From assembly GCA_029978905.1 (NCBI GenBank), contig JAPOIM010000012.1:333-64332 (forward strand): DNA of 64,000 nucleotides, written 5' to 3'. Below, piece by piece: positions 28,016 to 37,660 of this stretch. The notes under the pieces were generated by a model that ran no database searches, was not told where the DNA came from, and saw only the letters and a program-made list of their open reading frames with translations. Source of the DNA: Planctomycetota bacterium. GTDB lineage: Bacteria > Planctomycetota > Planctomycetia > Pirellulales > UBA1268. Each line of letters begins with the position of its first letter. Position 1 is the first letter of the stretch. The translations under genes and the position numbers were made by a program.

Positions 28016-29038
28016 ATGTCCACTCCCACCCACAGCGAGCCCCCGCTGCTTGCCATCGATCGCCTGGTCACGGCCTTCCACACCCAGGCTGGGCGGGTGC
28101 CGGCTGTCGATGGGGTGTCGCTGTCGATCCGTCGTGGTCGCACGCTTGGCCTGGTGGGGGAAAGTGGCTGCGGCAAGAGCGTGACCGCGATGTCGATTCT
28201 CGGCCTCGTGGCGTCGCCTGGACGTATCGAATCGGGATCGATCCGCTTGGCCACGGATGGCGAGCCCGTAGACCTGGTCGGCATGCCGGAGCGTCGGCTG
28301 CGGCAGATTCGCGGCGGCAAGGTGGGGATGATCTTTCAGGAGCCGATGACGAGCCTAAATCCCGTCTTCACGATCGGTGACCAGGTGGCGGAGGCGGTCA
28401 GGCTGCATCGCAAGGTCAGCCGTGCGGAGGCCCGTGCTCGCGCCTTAGAGATGCTCAAACTCGTGCGGATCGGTGACCCAGAGCAGCGGATCGACGAGTA
28501 TCCTCATCAGCTTTCCGGAGGGATGCGGCAGCGGGTGATGATTGCGATGGCGCTCGCCTGCGAACCGGCGCTCGTGATCGCCGATGAGCCTACGACCGCT
28601 CTCGACGTCACCATCCAGGCGCAGATCTTGGAGCTGCTCTCTGACCTGCGGAGGCGGCTGGGCACGGCGATCCTTCTGATCACTCACGATCTGGGTGTGG
28701 TGGCCGAAACGTGCGACGATGTCGCGGTGATGTATGCCGGAAAGATTGTGGAGCAGGCGTCGGCCGAAGAGTTGTTTGCCAACCCGATGCACCCCTACAC
28801 GATCGGTCTGCTGGCGGCTCGCCCCGAGTCGGTCCGCGGTGGTGCCGGCAGTCGGCTGACGACCATCCCCGGCGCGGTGCCGCCGCCACAGCACTTTCCC
28901 ACGGGGTGCCGCTTCCACCCGCGGTGTGCCTTTTTGAAAGAGCCACGGTGTTCACGCGAGATGCCAGAGCTTCGAGAGATCACCCCGGGACACTTCGTTC
29001 GCTGCCACGAGGCAGGGCAGCTTGAAAGATCCCGTTGA
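28016..29038 (+). CDS. ABC transporter ATP-binding protein (DppD/OppD-like)
   Basis: Walker A is GESGCGKS, the signature is LSGGMRQR, and Walker B is [12 protein letters not shown]. The C-terminal oligopeptide-type motif [10 protein letters not shown] is present. Confidence 0.9.
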   Translation: MSTPTHSEPPLLAIDRLVTAFHTQAGRVPAVDGVSLSIRRGRTLGLVGESGCGKSVTAMSILGLVASPGRIESGSIRLATDGEPVDLVGMPERRLRQIRGGKVGMIFQEPMTSLNPVFTIGDQVAEAVRLHRKVSRAEARARALEMLKLVRIGDPEQRIDEYPHQLSGGMRQRVMIAMALACEPALVIADEPTTALDVTIQAQILELLSDLRRRLGTAILLITHDLGVVAETCDDVAVMYAGKIVEQASAEELFANPMHPYTIGLLAARPESVRGGAGSRLTTIPGAVPPPQHFPTGCRFHPRCAFLKEPRCSREMPELREITPGHFVRCHEAGQLERSR

Positions 29039-29064
29039 GAGACCGCCGACCTTCCGAGATCGCC

Positions 29065-30138
29065 ATGGCCGAACCTTTTCTTTCAGTTGATCGCCTGCAG
29101 ACGCACTTCCCCATCCGTCGAGGCGTGCTGCGCCGAACCGTCGGAGCGGTGCAGGCGGTCGATGGAGTGAGCTTCGCGGTGGAGCGGGGAGAGACGCTCG
29201 GTCTCGTGGGGGAGAGTGGCTGCGGCAAGACCACGGTGGGCAGGAGCCTGTTGAGGCTGGTGGAGCCAACTGGCGGTGAGGTGACGCTCGGTGGCGTCGA
29301 TGTGCGACGTGTCTCGGGAGGCAAGCTGCGGGCGCTGCGTCGGCGGATGCAGGTGGTCTTTCAGGATCCCTACGGGTCGCTCAACCCACGCATGACCGTG
29401 CGAGGCATTCTTGAAGAAGGCCTGATCGTGCACCGCATGGGATCGGCGTCGGAGCGCGTTGAGCGGATGCAGCGTGCCCTTGAGCGGACGGGCATGCCGG
29501 CCGACGCCCTGCGGCGGTATCCGCACGAGTTTTCTGGGGGGCAGCGTCAGCGAATCGCGATTGCCCGGGCGCTTGTCTTGGAGCCGGAGTTTCTTGTGCT
29601 CGACGAGCCAGTCTCTGCCCTCGACGTCTCGATTCAGGCGCAGGTGGTCAACCTGCTCGTCGACCTTCGCCGTGATTTGGGGCTGACATTCCTCTTCATC
29701 TCGCACGATTTGTCGGTGGTTGAGTACCTCTCTGATCGCGTGGCGGTGATGTATCTCGGCCGGTTCGTGGAAACCGCGTCGGCCGCCAAGCTCTACCGTG
29801 AGCCGTTGCACCCCTACACGCAGGCCCTGTTTTCTGCCGTGCCGTCCGTCGACCCCGAGCGGCGACGAAACCGGATCATTCTTCCTGGCGACGTGCCTAG
29901 TCCCTCAAAACCGCCGTCTGGATGCCGTTTCCATCCGCGTTGCCCTCTGGCGGAATCGGTCTGCCGTACGGTGGATCCTCCCGAAGTCGCCATCGACGGC
30001 CATCGCGTCCACTGCCATGTGGCCGCCCGCGAACTGGAGCAGGCCGGGGGAGATGTCGCGGCTGCATCGCGGCAAATCGCAGGGATGATTGCCGCACAGA
30101 CCTCCTCCGCGAGAGCGGTCCCCTCAGCCAGCGTGTAG
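29065..30138 (+). CDS. ABC transporter ATP-binding protein (DppF/OppF-like)
   Basis: ATG at 29065; the ORF-track start at 29035 is TTG overlapping the upstream stop. Motifs are [29 protein letters not shown] and [10 protein letters not shown]. Confidence 0.88.
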   Translation: MAEPFLSVDRLQTHFPIRRGVLRRTVGAVQAVDGVSFAVERGETLGLVGESGCGKTTVGRSLLRLVEPTGGEVTLGGVDVRRVSGGKLRALRRRMQVVFQDPYGSLNPRMTVRGILEEGLIVHRMGSASERVERMQRALERTGMPADALRRYPHEFSGGQRQRIAIARALVLEPEFLVLDEPVSALDVSIQAQVVNLLVDLRRDLGLTFLFISHDLSVVEYLSDRVAVMYLGRFVETASAAKLYREPLHPYTQALFSAVPSVDPERRRNRIILPGDVPSPSKPPSGCRFHPRCPLAESVCRTVDPPEVAIDGHRVHCHVAARELEQAGGDVAAASRQIAGMIAAQTSSARAVPSASV

Positions 30139-30199
30139 ACTTTTCTCGTGCGGAGTCGATAGACCCGTTATCGAGAGTTGGCCGGACGGAGGATCTGTC

Positions 30200-31075
30200 A
30201 TGCGTGAAGCCGCAGCCTTGCGAAGCCTTGTGATGCTCGGGGTGTTGCTTGGAGTGAGTCTTGTTTCTGCGGACGTGCAAGCCGAGCCCATCGGGAGTGG
30301 TGGCTCGCGTGCCCCTCTGGAGCTGACCACCCGCGGCATGCTCCTGCAGCGTTGGGACCGCAACCGTGACGGAAAGATTGACCTTGGGGAAGCCGAGATG
30401 GCCCGCGTCCAGATGCGGCGCGAGCGGATGGAGCGGGAAGAGAAGTCGCGTGTCGACCCGCTGACCGGACGCCGCTCCGACGACCTCTTTTCCACTGACG
30501 ATGAAGATGGCGGAGACTTCTTCCGCCGTCGCAGCCCACAGAATCCAGGACCGACCGCCGCGCCCACCGCGCCGGGGCTGGCAACGTCGCCGCAGCCCTC
30601 ACGGGGCAATGGCGTGGCCGAGAGCGATCCCGCCGCGGCATCCCCGACACAGACCCTCCTTGGCCCGCCAACAGGGCTCCCGCCAGCGGCGGGCGGCCGC
30701 GCCGCACCCAACGCGCCGCTCTCATCGGCGGCTCGAGTGCTGCCTCAGCAGACCGGTCGATCCACATCAGCCGGGTTCAACTCGGCGGCGCCGATCGGCG
30801 GCTCCCGTCCGTTTGAGCGTCCCACGGCGCCGCTCGGCACGGCCGTCACCGGGGGAATCCGCGCGGGGGCCCCGGCGGTGCGTCCCGGATATGGCACGTC
30901 AGGGACCACGAGTGACCTCAATGCGGGCCGGTTGCTCGGTGGGGCTCCTCTGACCGGTGGACGCCCGCTTCCGGGAAGCAGCCAGCCTGGTGCGACGACG
31001 CCGCGCGGATCGACGCCTCGTGGTGGCACCTCGCCTCGCCCGGGTTCGAGCCCACCGGAGTTTTACGGTCCGTGA
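30200..31075 (+). CDS. secreted EF-hand protein with long Pro/Gly/Ala/Ser/Arg-rich low-complexity tail
   Basis: ATG at 30200 follows GGACGGAGGA. The signal is LRSLVMLGVLLGVSLVSADVQA. A canonical EF loop, DRNRDGKIDLGE, is present. About 190 aa of low complexity follow. Confidence 0.6.
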   Translation: MREAAALRSLVMLGVLLGVSLVSADVQAEPIGSGGSRAPLELTTRGMLLQRWDRNRDGKIDLGEAEMARVQMRRERMEREEKSRVDPLTGRRSDDLFSTDDEDGGDFFRRRSPQNPGPTAAPTAPGLATSPQPSRGNGVAESDPAAASPTQTLLGPPTGLPPAAGGRAAPNAPLSSAARVLPQQTGRSTSAGFNSAAPIGGSRPFERPTAPLGTAVTGGIRAGAPAVRPGYGTSGTTSDLNAGRLLGGAPLTGGRPLPGSSQPGATTPRGSTPRGGTSPRPGSSPPEFYGP

Positions 31076-31428
31076 GCAACGTCGCGGACGATTCCGCATC
31101 CACCTGGCTCGATCAGCTCAGGCTTCAAGGTGGAGCCTCGCCGCTGCTGATCGTGGCCGACAACGCTGCCATCTCCCACTGGTCGCGTGAGTGGCACGAC
31201 CGGCTTTCGCACGCTGGTTGGTCGTATCGGGTGCGGCTCGGAGAGGTCGCTGACGCGTGGCGGGCCAGCGAGTCTGCAGCGATTGCGGACGAGGCGTTGC
31301 GTTTTCAGGCTCGATCGATGCTTGTGGTGGGTTGCGAGCAGGTGGCCTCGGTCGCCGCAGACGCGGCGAAGCAGGCGTCGTTGCCCCTGCTGACCTTCCC
31401 GCCATCGAGTTCCGCCTCGCATTTTTGA
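31072..31428 (+). CDS. small hypothetical protein (118 aa), possibly a Rossmann-like remnant
   Basis: GTG at 31072 overlaps the upstream TGA (GTGA). Third positions are GC-rich. LLIVADNAAISHW...MLVVGCEQVASVAADAAKQASLPLLTFP loosely recalls the N-terminal half of DHQS/Fe-ADH-type proteins. Confidence 0.45.
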   Translation: MSNVADDSASTWLDQLRLQGGASPLLIVADNAAISHWSREWHDRLSHAGWSYRVRLGEVADAWRASESAAIADEALRFQARSMLVVGCEQVASVAADAAKQASLPLLTFPPSSSASHF

Positions 31429-31587
31429 GGTCGTGGTTCAGATCAGCCGCCGTCGTGGCCGATAGGACCGAAGGAACCGTTGCAAGCCGCGCATGCGGTG
31501 CCCGCTCTTCGACCGGGCGTGGGCAGCAGCGGCCTCCCTCGATTCAAGCGACAGAGCATGACCCGCGGAAGGGGTGAGAGGCAGACT

Positions 31588-32664
31588 ATGTCCTATTCGT
31601 CTATTCGGAAGATGTTCGTGGCAGCGGTGGTCATCAGCCAGGCTGCCCTGCTTTCACAGACTGCCGAAGCGATCGGCCCCTTCTTCAAGAAAAGCCCTCC
31701 TCCGAAGAGCCAGGTGGTGATGCGGCCCAACGCGCCCGCCCTGCCGAACCGGCCACCGATGGTGCCTGGCACGGGAACCCTCGCCAAGGGCATCAGCGAC
31801 GACTTTGAGGATGAGAACTGGAACTGGTTCTACAACCATCCCAAGAGTTCCGAGGAACAGGACGAGCGGATGCGAAGCCCACTGGGGCGGAGTGCCAATC
31901 GGGTTTGGTTTGAGGGGCCGAAGCGTGGCACCCCCGATACCGTGCAGCGGATCGCGCTGCCGGCTCCGGGCTTGGAAGGGAGCGAGCATGGGCTCCTGAT
32001 CGCCACCCGGCACGCCGGTGTGCCTGGCTATGCGTCGGGCAAGATGATGCAGGACGACCTGATTTTTGACATGAAGCGCATGCTGCGGGGAGGTGGCATG
32101 AATGTCGCCGACAGCCCTTCGGTGGTGGTCCGCGTGTACATGCCCCCATTCGACCAGTGGGAAAACAGGAGCGGGCCGTCCTTTGGTTTCCGCACCGGTT
32201 GCTACACGCACACGATCATCACCGGTGAAGACCATCCCAATCGCGGCGAGTATGGCCTCGAAGAGTATTGGCCGGGCATGTTCATCTGCTTCGAAAACGG
32301 TGACGACGCTCGCTACAGCGAAGACGGTGCCTACATCCGCGTGCGGAGTGGCCGCAGCGGTGGCGAGATCATGGGGCCCAAGATCACCGAACTCGGCTGG
32401 TGGACGCTGGGTATCGCCTTCACGCCCGATGGAGTGGTGCACTACTTCGCCAGCCCGGGCGTGGACGACCTGACCGAAGAGGATCACATCACGTCGCAGT
32501 ATCCCTACGGATACCGAACAGAGACGTTTAAGACCTTCTTCTTCAATGTCTGCACGCAAGACGACGGCAAGACCTGGAGCACCCCGTGGGTCATTGACGA
32601 CCCCAAGGTGTTCTTCGTGCCACGGACGCAGATGGCCCGCCAGCCTCAGCCGGATCGCCGGTAA
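31588..32664 (+). CDS. secreted hypothetical protein
   Basis: The start was re-picked at ATG 31588, after AAGGGGTGAGAGG. The signal is MFVAAVVISQAALLSQTAEA. A Pro-rich linker is followed by a globular, beta-rich-looking domain. No family is recognised. Confidence 0.6.
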   Translation: MSYSSIRKMFVAAVVISQAALLSQTAEAIGPFFKKSPPPKSQVVMRPNAPALPNRPPMVPGTGTLAKGISDDFEDENWNWFYNHPKSSEEQDERMRSPLGRSANRVWFEGPKRGTPDTVQRIALPAPGLEGSEHGLLIATRHAGVPGYASGKMMQDDLIFDMKRMLRGGGMNVADSPSVVVRVYMPPFDQWENRSGPSFGFRTGCYTHTIITGEDHPNRGEYGLEEYWPGMFICFENGDDARYSEDGAYIRVRSGRSGGEIMGPKITELGWWTLGIAFTPDGVVHYFASPGVDDLTEEDHITSQYPYGYRTETFKTFFFNVCTQDDGKTWSTPWVIDDPKVFFVPRTQMARQPQPDRR

Positions 32665-32675
32665 GGTCGACGCGA

Positions 32676-33932
32676 TTAGCGCGCGGTGCGGACCATCTCG
32701 CCGGTAGGTGGGAGGAGTTCGGCAATCGCCGAGCCTTCCATTTCGGTGAGAAGATCATCTGGCCCGAGCCGCGTGATGGTCAGGCGACCGCTGACGATCT
32801 CACCACTGGCGGTGGTGCCATCGAGCATCACGTCAAAGTGGTCGTCGTTGAGGGTCCACGACCCTTCGGCGAAGCCGCCGTCAGAGGTGAAGGACCACGA
32901 GCGAATCCCCTGACGCACGGGATCCCAGCCGATGATTTCGGTGATCTCACGGTCGCCGGCATCAGCTTGCATGGTGTGGCTGCGGACGAGAAAGCCGCCG
33001 CCCGCGGTCCAGAAGGCGTGGGTGGCAACGTCCTGGGCTCCGGATGCCGATTCCCATCGTCCAGAAAAATCGCCCACCATCCGCATCGCATAGCCGCGTG
33101 AGGTTTCGGGGAGTTCGGTGGCCGCCTCGCGTACACTTTCGAGCATCCAGCGGCCATCTTTCTTCATCACGATGGCTGTGAAGCGGCTCGCGGTGGCATC
33201 GCCAGTCGAAAACGAGAGCTGTGAGATGCCGTCGACTACGGCCACGTCACCACCGAGGGGACGGATGTCGTGGATATCGAGGTCGATCTCGGCCGACGCG
33301 TCTTCTTCAAAGAGTGTTTGGAAGACCTGCTCCACTTGCTCGCGGCCGCGGGTTTCTTCGCCTGAGTCGAGGCTGCGATTGTCGGCCGACTCGCTCCAGC
33401 AGGCGGCGACGGCTGCGGCATCGCGATTGCGGAACGCTCGCAGGTATTCCAGAAGCATCCCGCGCACTTCGGCGGCGACAAACTCCTCTTCAAGCTCGCC
33501 CGTGGAATCGATCGACGCGTCTTGATCACCAGCGACCGGCAGCGGCTGCCGTGGAGGCACCGCCGTCCATCCCTCGCCAGGAAACGGCTGCGGCGCCGAC
33601 GCCTGCTTCACGATCGGCGCGGCGGAAGTCACTTCCAGCCGGGACGGTGGCGCTGCAGGAAACGCGATGTCTTCAGTTGCCGCGGTACGGTCGCGGCGCA
33701 GGTCGGGGGTGGAGGCGGTGCGTGGAGCAGCCGAACGCTGCTGTGAAAAATCACGGAGCCCAGGAATCACAACGGGGATCGGACCCGGTGCGGCAGAGGG
33801 TTCGGCGGCAGCAAGGTCGCGTGGAGGGCCCACAACAGCCACCAGAGCAACTACAAGCCCCGTGAACGCCACGCAGGCAGACAGCCTGAAGGTATGCCGC
33901 GAATGGCTGCTGGTTCGATTCTCCGTCATCAT
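32676..33932 (-). CDS. SnoaL-like/DUF4440 (NTF2 fold) protein with disordered N-terminal region and DUF1579-like C-terminal domain
   Basis: ATG at about 33932. The TM/signal segment is CVAFTGLVVALVAVVG. The NTF2-like core is LLEYLRAFRNRDAAAVAACWSE...FTAIVMKKDGRWMLESV. The C-terminal region reads GRWES...IIGWDP...WSFTSDGGFAEGSW. Confidence 0.6.
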   Translation of the reverse strand: MMTENRTSSHSRHTFRLSACVAFTGLVVALVAVVGPPRDLAAAEPSAAPGPIPVVIPGLRDFSQQRSAAPRTASTPDLRRDRTAATEDIAFPAAPPSRLEVTSAAPIVKQASAPQPFPGEGWTAVPPRQPLPVAGDQDASIDSTGELEEEFVAAEVRGMLLEYLRAFRNRDAAAVAACWSESADNRSLDSGEETRGREQVEQVFQTLFEEDASAEIDLDIHDIRPLGGDVAVVDGISQLSFSTGDATASRFTAIVMKKDGRWMLESVREAATELPETSRGYAMRMVGDFSGRWESASGAQDVATHAFWTAGGGFLVRSHTMQADAGDREITEIIGWDPVRQGIRSWSFTSDGGFAEGSWTLNDDHFDVMLDGTTASGEIVSGRLTITRLGPDDLLTEMEGSAIAELLPPTGEMVRTAR

Positions 33933-34031
33933 GCCCCATGCCCTCCTTGAACTCATCCGCGCATTACAGAAAACGCCCTCAAAACCTACCGCAAGCCGGT
34001 CATTTTCCGCCAGCCCGCCGGTCGCGAGCGA

Positions 34032-34067
34032 CCCTCCGAGGCGGGGCGGATGCCGAGCCTCGGAGGG
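34032..34067 (-). terminator. strong GC hairpin downstream of the esterase gene (terminator candidate)
   Basis: CCCTCCGAGGC (34032-34042) and GCCTCGGAGGG (34057-34067) form a perfect 11-bp inverted repeat with a 14-nt loop, 52 nt after the stop at 34119. No U-tract follows. Confidence 0.4.
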
Positions 34068-34118
34068 TGATCGTGCGACGAGCTCGTCACGCCACTCGGA
34101 AAAACCGAGCGTGGCGGC

Positions 34119-35615
34119 TTAGTGGTTGTTGACTGTGACGCCGGGGAAGTCGTCGGTGCGGAACGGTGTCAGCGGGAGCCCGGCCCCGTCAAACATGTTG
34201 CACACCGGGTTGTCCGCCCAGGCGTACCGCACGGCGACCGGGTCGTTGACGCCGTCCGCAGAGACCTCGATTCGCCCGTCCTCGCGGATGGTCGCTGTGG
34301 CGTTCACAAACACCTTGTCGGCGCCAGCGATCGTGAAGCCGATCGGGCGGGGCACATCAAAAGGACGCCAGCCACCGTCGACATGATCAAAGGAGAGGAT
34401 GATCTTCGAACCGTCTTTCTCCATCGATGCGTACCTGGGGCTGTGGCAGGGAATGCCACCCACGGCGTAGGTCTCAGCCAGCGCCCAACGAGCCAGACGC
34501 TTGGCCACATCCTGCTTGTTCTTGGGATGGATGTCTTTCCCTTCACCGATGTCGATGATCACAGCCTCACCGGTCGCGGGTAGCGCATCCATGGTCATCG
34601 TCTGGGCTTCGCGGAGTTCGGCCCAGTCGCTTTCGGCAGGCTCAGCTTTCTCATCACGGAAGTCCGCCAGTTGGACCCAGTAGAAGGGGAAGTCGCCGAG
34701 GCCCCATTCCTCACGCCACGTCTTGATCATGTAGGGAAACAGGTCGCGGTACTGGTAGGCGCGGCCGGCATTGCTCTCCCCCTGGTACCAGATCGCGCCA
34801 CGGATGCCGTAGCCGATCGAAGGCTTGAGCACGCCGTTGTAGATGTTGGCGGGGCGATGGTTACCGTTCATCAGGCCTTTGTCGTCTGCCTTCTCTTTCT
34901 CGGTCTGCTCCCACCGGGCGAGCAGCTTCTCAAAGCGGCCATCCTCAGCCAGCTTCTCACGATTGACCCAGGCTTCGGCAGCGCTGCCACCCCAGGCGTT
35001 GTTGATCAGGCCCACGGGCACGCCAAGCGTCTGGTGGAGCTGGCGGCCAAAGAAGTATCCGACCGCGGAGAAGTTGCCGACCGTCTCCGGTGAGCAGGCC
35101 TTCCAGGAGCCGTTGAAGTTCCACTGGGGCTCCTGCGTGCCCACTTGCGGCACGGAAATCAGACGAATCTCTGGGAAGTGAGCAGCGGCTCGCTCCAGGT
35201 CAGCGTCGTTGGAGGCGTTCACGCTCCACTGCATGTTCGACTGGCCGGCGCACACCCAGACTTCACCAATCAGCACATCGTTAAAGGTGACGGTGTTGTT
35301 GCCCTTGATCGTGAGCGACCACGGGCCGCCGTATTCCTGCACCGCGTCGAGCATCACTTCCCAGTGGCCGTCGGCGTCTGCCGTGGCGGAGTGGGTCTGA
35401 TTGGCGAGGGTCACTGTCACCTTCTCGCCGGGATCGGCCTTCCCCCAGACGCGGTTGCGGATTCCCTGCTGGAGCACCATGTGGTCGCCAAACATGTTGT
35501 TGAGGGCGACGTCAGCCGATGCGGTGGGACTGAGCAGGGCCCAGAAACAAAGCAGCAGTGGCAGGGCCATCAGTGGGGTGAGCCGCGATCGCGGCGGGAA
35601 GCAACCTGAAGACAT
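34119..35615 (-). CDS. sialate O-acetylesterase-like carbohydrate esterase (SGNH/DUF303)
   Basis: The start was re-picked at ATG 35615, after AAGGAG. The signal is [34 protein letters not shown] is the GQSNM catalytic-Ser motif, with WGGSAAEAW and YQGESN also present. Confidence 0.8.
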   Translation of the reverse strand: MSSGCFPPRSRLTPLMALPLLLCFWALLSPTASADVALNNMFGDHMVLQQGIRNRVWGKADPGEKVTVTLANQTHSATADADGHWEVMLDAVQEYGGPWSLTIKGNNTVTFNDVLIGEVWVCAGQSNMQWSVNASNDADLERAAAHFPEIRLISVPQVGTQEPQWNFNGSWKACSPETVGNFSAVGYFFGRQLHQTLGVPVGLINNAWGGSAAEAWVNREKLAEDGRFEKLLARWEQTEKEKADDKGLMNGNHRPANIYNGVLKPSIGYGIRGAIWYQGESNAGRAYQYRDLFPYMIKTWREEWGLGDFPFYWVQLADFRDEKAEPAESDWAELREAQTMTMDALPATGEAVIIDIGEGKDIHPKNKQDVAKRLARWALAETYAVGGIPCHSPRYASMEKDGSKIILSFDHVDGGWRPFDVPRPIGFTIAGADKVFVNATATIREDGRIEVSADGVNDPVAVRYAWADNPVCNMFDGAGLPLTPFRTDDFPGVTVNNH

Positions 35616-35758
35616 GCGGGGCTCCTTGCATCGAAGAAAGAAGGACAAAGCTGTGGCGTGAGGGCAGGCGCGAACGAGCACTCCCTCCCCAGACCTGGCG
35701 GATGATACCGCCGCGGCGACCCGCGTGGAATCATTGGCGGCATCTTCCTTGAGTGCCG

Positions 35759-35792
35759 TTAAAATCCAACTATCTTATCCATATTGACTTTT
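35759..35792 (+). promoter_or_regulatory. AT-rich patch in a divergent intergenic region (promoter candidate for the YTV gene)
   Basis: TTAAAATCCAACTATCTTATCCATATTGACTTTT is the only markedly AT-rich stretch I noticed in the window. TTAAAA, a 15-nt spacer and CATATT are loosely sigma70-like. Confidence 0.3.
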
Positions 35793-35902
35793 GCCGTGGC
35801 GATCGCGAGCTCGGTTTGGTGCGTGGCGACGCGGCGTTCGCGGGATCCAACGCGGCTTTTTCTCCGCACTACGTGTCGTCGTCTCTTTCTCTGGAGGTTC
35901 CG

Positions 35903-36994
35903 GTGGTTCGAAAAATGTGTCTGAGCATCGTGGCCATGCTCGCCCTTGTCTTTTCCAGCGCGGTCGCGAGCGCCGACTGCGGGAAGTGTGGCACCGCGGA
36001 GTGCGGTACCCACACCGTCTACCGGCCGCAGTACGTCACCGAAATGAAGGAGGTGACCTGCTTCGAATACACGCTCGAGACGCGTGAGCGAACCTGCACC
36101 GTGATGAAGCGGGTGCCCAAGGTGGAAGAGCAGACCCGCACGGTGACGGTGTGCGTGCCAGAGGCCCGCATTCGGACGATCGAATACACCGTGATGAAGC
36201 CGGTGTTTGAGACCAAGACTGTCGAGTACACGGTGATGGTTCCGTACACGGAAGAGGTTGAGCAGACCTATTCGGTGTGCGTGCCAGTTACCGAAGAGAA
36301 GACCTGCACCTACACCGTGATGGTTCCCTACACCGAAGAGGTGCAGACCACCCGCATGGTGACGAAGCGGATTCCCGAGACGACGACGCGAACCGTGCAG
36401 GTGCGCGGCGGCCACTGGGAGACGCAGATGGTGGAGGTGCCCTGCAAGCCACGTCGGGGCTGCGGTGGTTGTGGGTCGTGTGGCGACTGCGGTGCCACCC
36501 GCACGGTGTGCAAGCGCGTGTGGGTGCCCACCTGTGAAACCAAGGAAGTGCCCTGCACGACCTACAAGTGTGTCACGGAAGAAGTGCCCGTCACTTGCAC
36601 GGTCACGAAGTGTCGCCCCGAAGAGCGGACGCGAACCTACTGCGTGACCAAGTTCGTGAACGAGACCAAGACCTGCACTGTGAAGGTGCAGAAGTGCAAG
36701 CCCGAGACGCGGACCCGCGAGTGCACCGTCGCCACCTGCGTGGCGGAGAAGGTGATCAAGGAGTGCCCGTACACCGCCATGGTGCCGCAGCACAAAGAGG
36801 AAACCGTGAAGGTGTGCACCTACGAGTGCGTGCCCGAGGAGAAGACGGAGACCTACACCGTCTGCGTGCCGCACCAGGTCACCAAGCAGGTGCCCGTGAA
36901 GGTCTGCAAGATGGTGGCCGTGGAGGTGCCTTGTGAGAGCTGCTGCACCACGTGCGAAGCGACCTGCAAGAAGGGCTGTGGCCGGCGTCGCTAA
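35903..36994 (+). CDS. YTV-repeat cysteine-rich secreted protein
   Basis: GTG at 35903 lies 5 nt after GGAGG; an alternative ATG is at 35915. The signal is MVRKMCLSIVAMLALVFSSAVASA. There are about 36 Cys in 363 aa and the composition is dominated by T/V/E/C/K/P/R. Repeated units include EYTVMKPVFETK, EYTVMVPYTEEVEQT and TYTVMVPYTEEVQTT. CG-rich clusters are GCGGCGSCGDCG and CESCCTTCEATCKKGCG. Confidence 0.8.
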   Translation: MVRKMCLSIVAMLALVFSSAVASADCGKCGTAECGTHTVYRPQYVTEMKEVTCFEYTLETRERTCTVMKRVPKVEEQTRTVTVCVPEARIRTIEYTVMKPVFETKTVEYTVMVPYTEEVEQTYSVCVPVTEEKTCTYTVMVPYTEEVQTTRMVTKRIPETTTRTVQVRGGHWETQMVEVPCKPRRGCGGCGSCGDCGATRTVCKRVWVPTCETKEVPCTTYKCVTEEVPVTCTVTKCRPEERTRTYCVTKFVNETKTCTVKVQKCKPETRTRECTVATCVAEKVIKECPYTAMVPQHKEETVKVCTYECVPEEKTETYTVCVPHQVTKQVPVKVCKMVAVEVPCESCCTTCEATCKKGCGRRR

Positions 36995-37032
36995 CCGACG
37001 GTCGCCTACCTGCGGTTCACGAGATGACAACG

Positions 37033-37066
37033 AGAAGGGCCGGGCGAGTGATCTCTCGGCCCTTCT
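37033..37066 (+). terminator. hairpin terminator candidate after the YTV gene
   Basis: AGAAGGGCCG (37033-37042) and CGGCCCTTCT (37057-37066) form a perfect 10-bp stem with a 14-nt loop, 39 nt after the stop. No U-tract follows. A second small hairpin with TTTT lies at 37112-37130. Confidence 0.45.
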
Positions 37067-37377
37067 GCATGCGCGAAGCGAGACGCGCGAGGGGAGGACC
37101 GGGGGTCGGCGAACGCTCGAGGAGCGTTTTCAGCGACGAGACTTTTGCCGCCTCCGGACCGGAGCGTTCACCTGCGGCGATGAGGGTGGCCCGCTCGATC
37201 GGTACGACCGGTGTGGGTGGCCTCCTTGATCACGCAGGCAAGAAAGTCGGCGTGGATCGCCGATGTTTCCCTTGTCGCCAAGTCGACCCAATCTTTTTGG
37301 CTTGCCTCGCCGGCTGTCTTTCACAGGGCGATCGTGGGCCTGATTCACGAAACGCGCACTCAAACAAGGAGGTTTTC

Positions 37378-37575
37378 ATGCTCGTTCTCTCTCGAAAGCA
37401 GGGCCAACAGATTGTCGTGGGTTCTTCCGTGGTGGTGACCATTGTTCGCGTCAGTGGTGACAAGGTTCGTATCGGGATCGAGGCTCCCGATGAGATGCGG
37501 GTGCTCCGAGGTGAGTTGCAGCCGCACGACGAGCTCGGGAGCATCGCCCTCACGGCAGGGATGGGGGGGGAGTAG
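37378..37575 (+). CDS. csrA: carbon storage regulator CsrA (RNA-binding translational regulator)
   Basis: ATG at 37378 lies 5 nt after AAGGAGG. MLVLSRKQGQQIVVGSSVVVTIVRVSGDKVRIGIEAPDEMRVLRGEL is collinear with the CsrA consensus (MLxLxRKxGExIxIGDxIxIxVLxIxGxxVRIGIxAPxxVxIxRxE). 65 aa. Confidence 0.92.
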   Translation: MLVLSRKQGQQIVVGSSVVVTIVRVSGDKVRIGIEAPDEMRVLRGELQPHDELGSIALTAGMGGE

Positions 37576-37660
37576 CGGCGCGGAATCGGCATCCACTCGG
37601 TGCGGACCGGTCGCTAGGATCTGCCCCCCACAGATCTCCCGCCCATCGATTGTTGATGCG

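Noticed and set aside
35759-37030. 423-aa minus-strand ORF spanning the whole YTV gene with no stop codons
   Set aside because: Its translation is a monotonous His/Gly/Leu/Arg/Ala string (…HLHGHHLADLHGHLLGDLVRHADGVG…). This is the mirror of the ACC/GTG/GAG/AAG-rich sense codons. It has no RBS and no signal or domain features. It is a shadow frame of a repetitive high-GC gene.
37067-37377. CsrB/RsmZ-like GGA-rich sponge RNA in the long region upstream of csrA
   Set aside because: I count about 7 GGA triplets in about 310 nt, which is close to the composition-based expectation for this GC content. Few of them sit in obvious hairpin loops, so there is no sponge-like enrichment. Hairpins are reported only as terminator or leader candidates.
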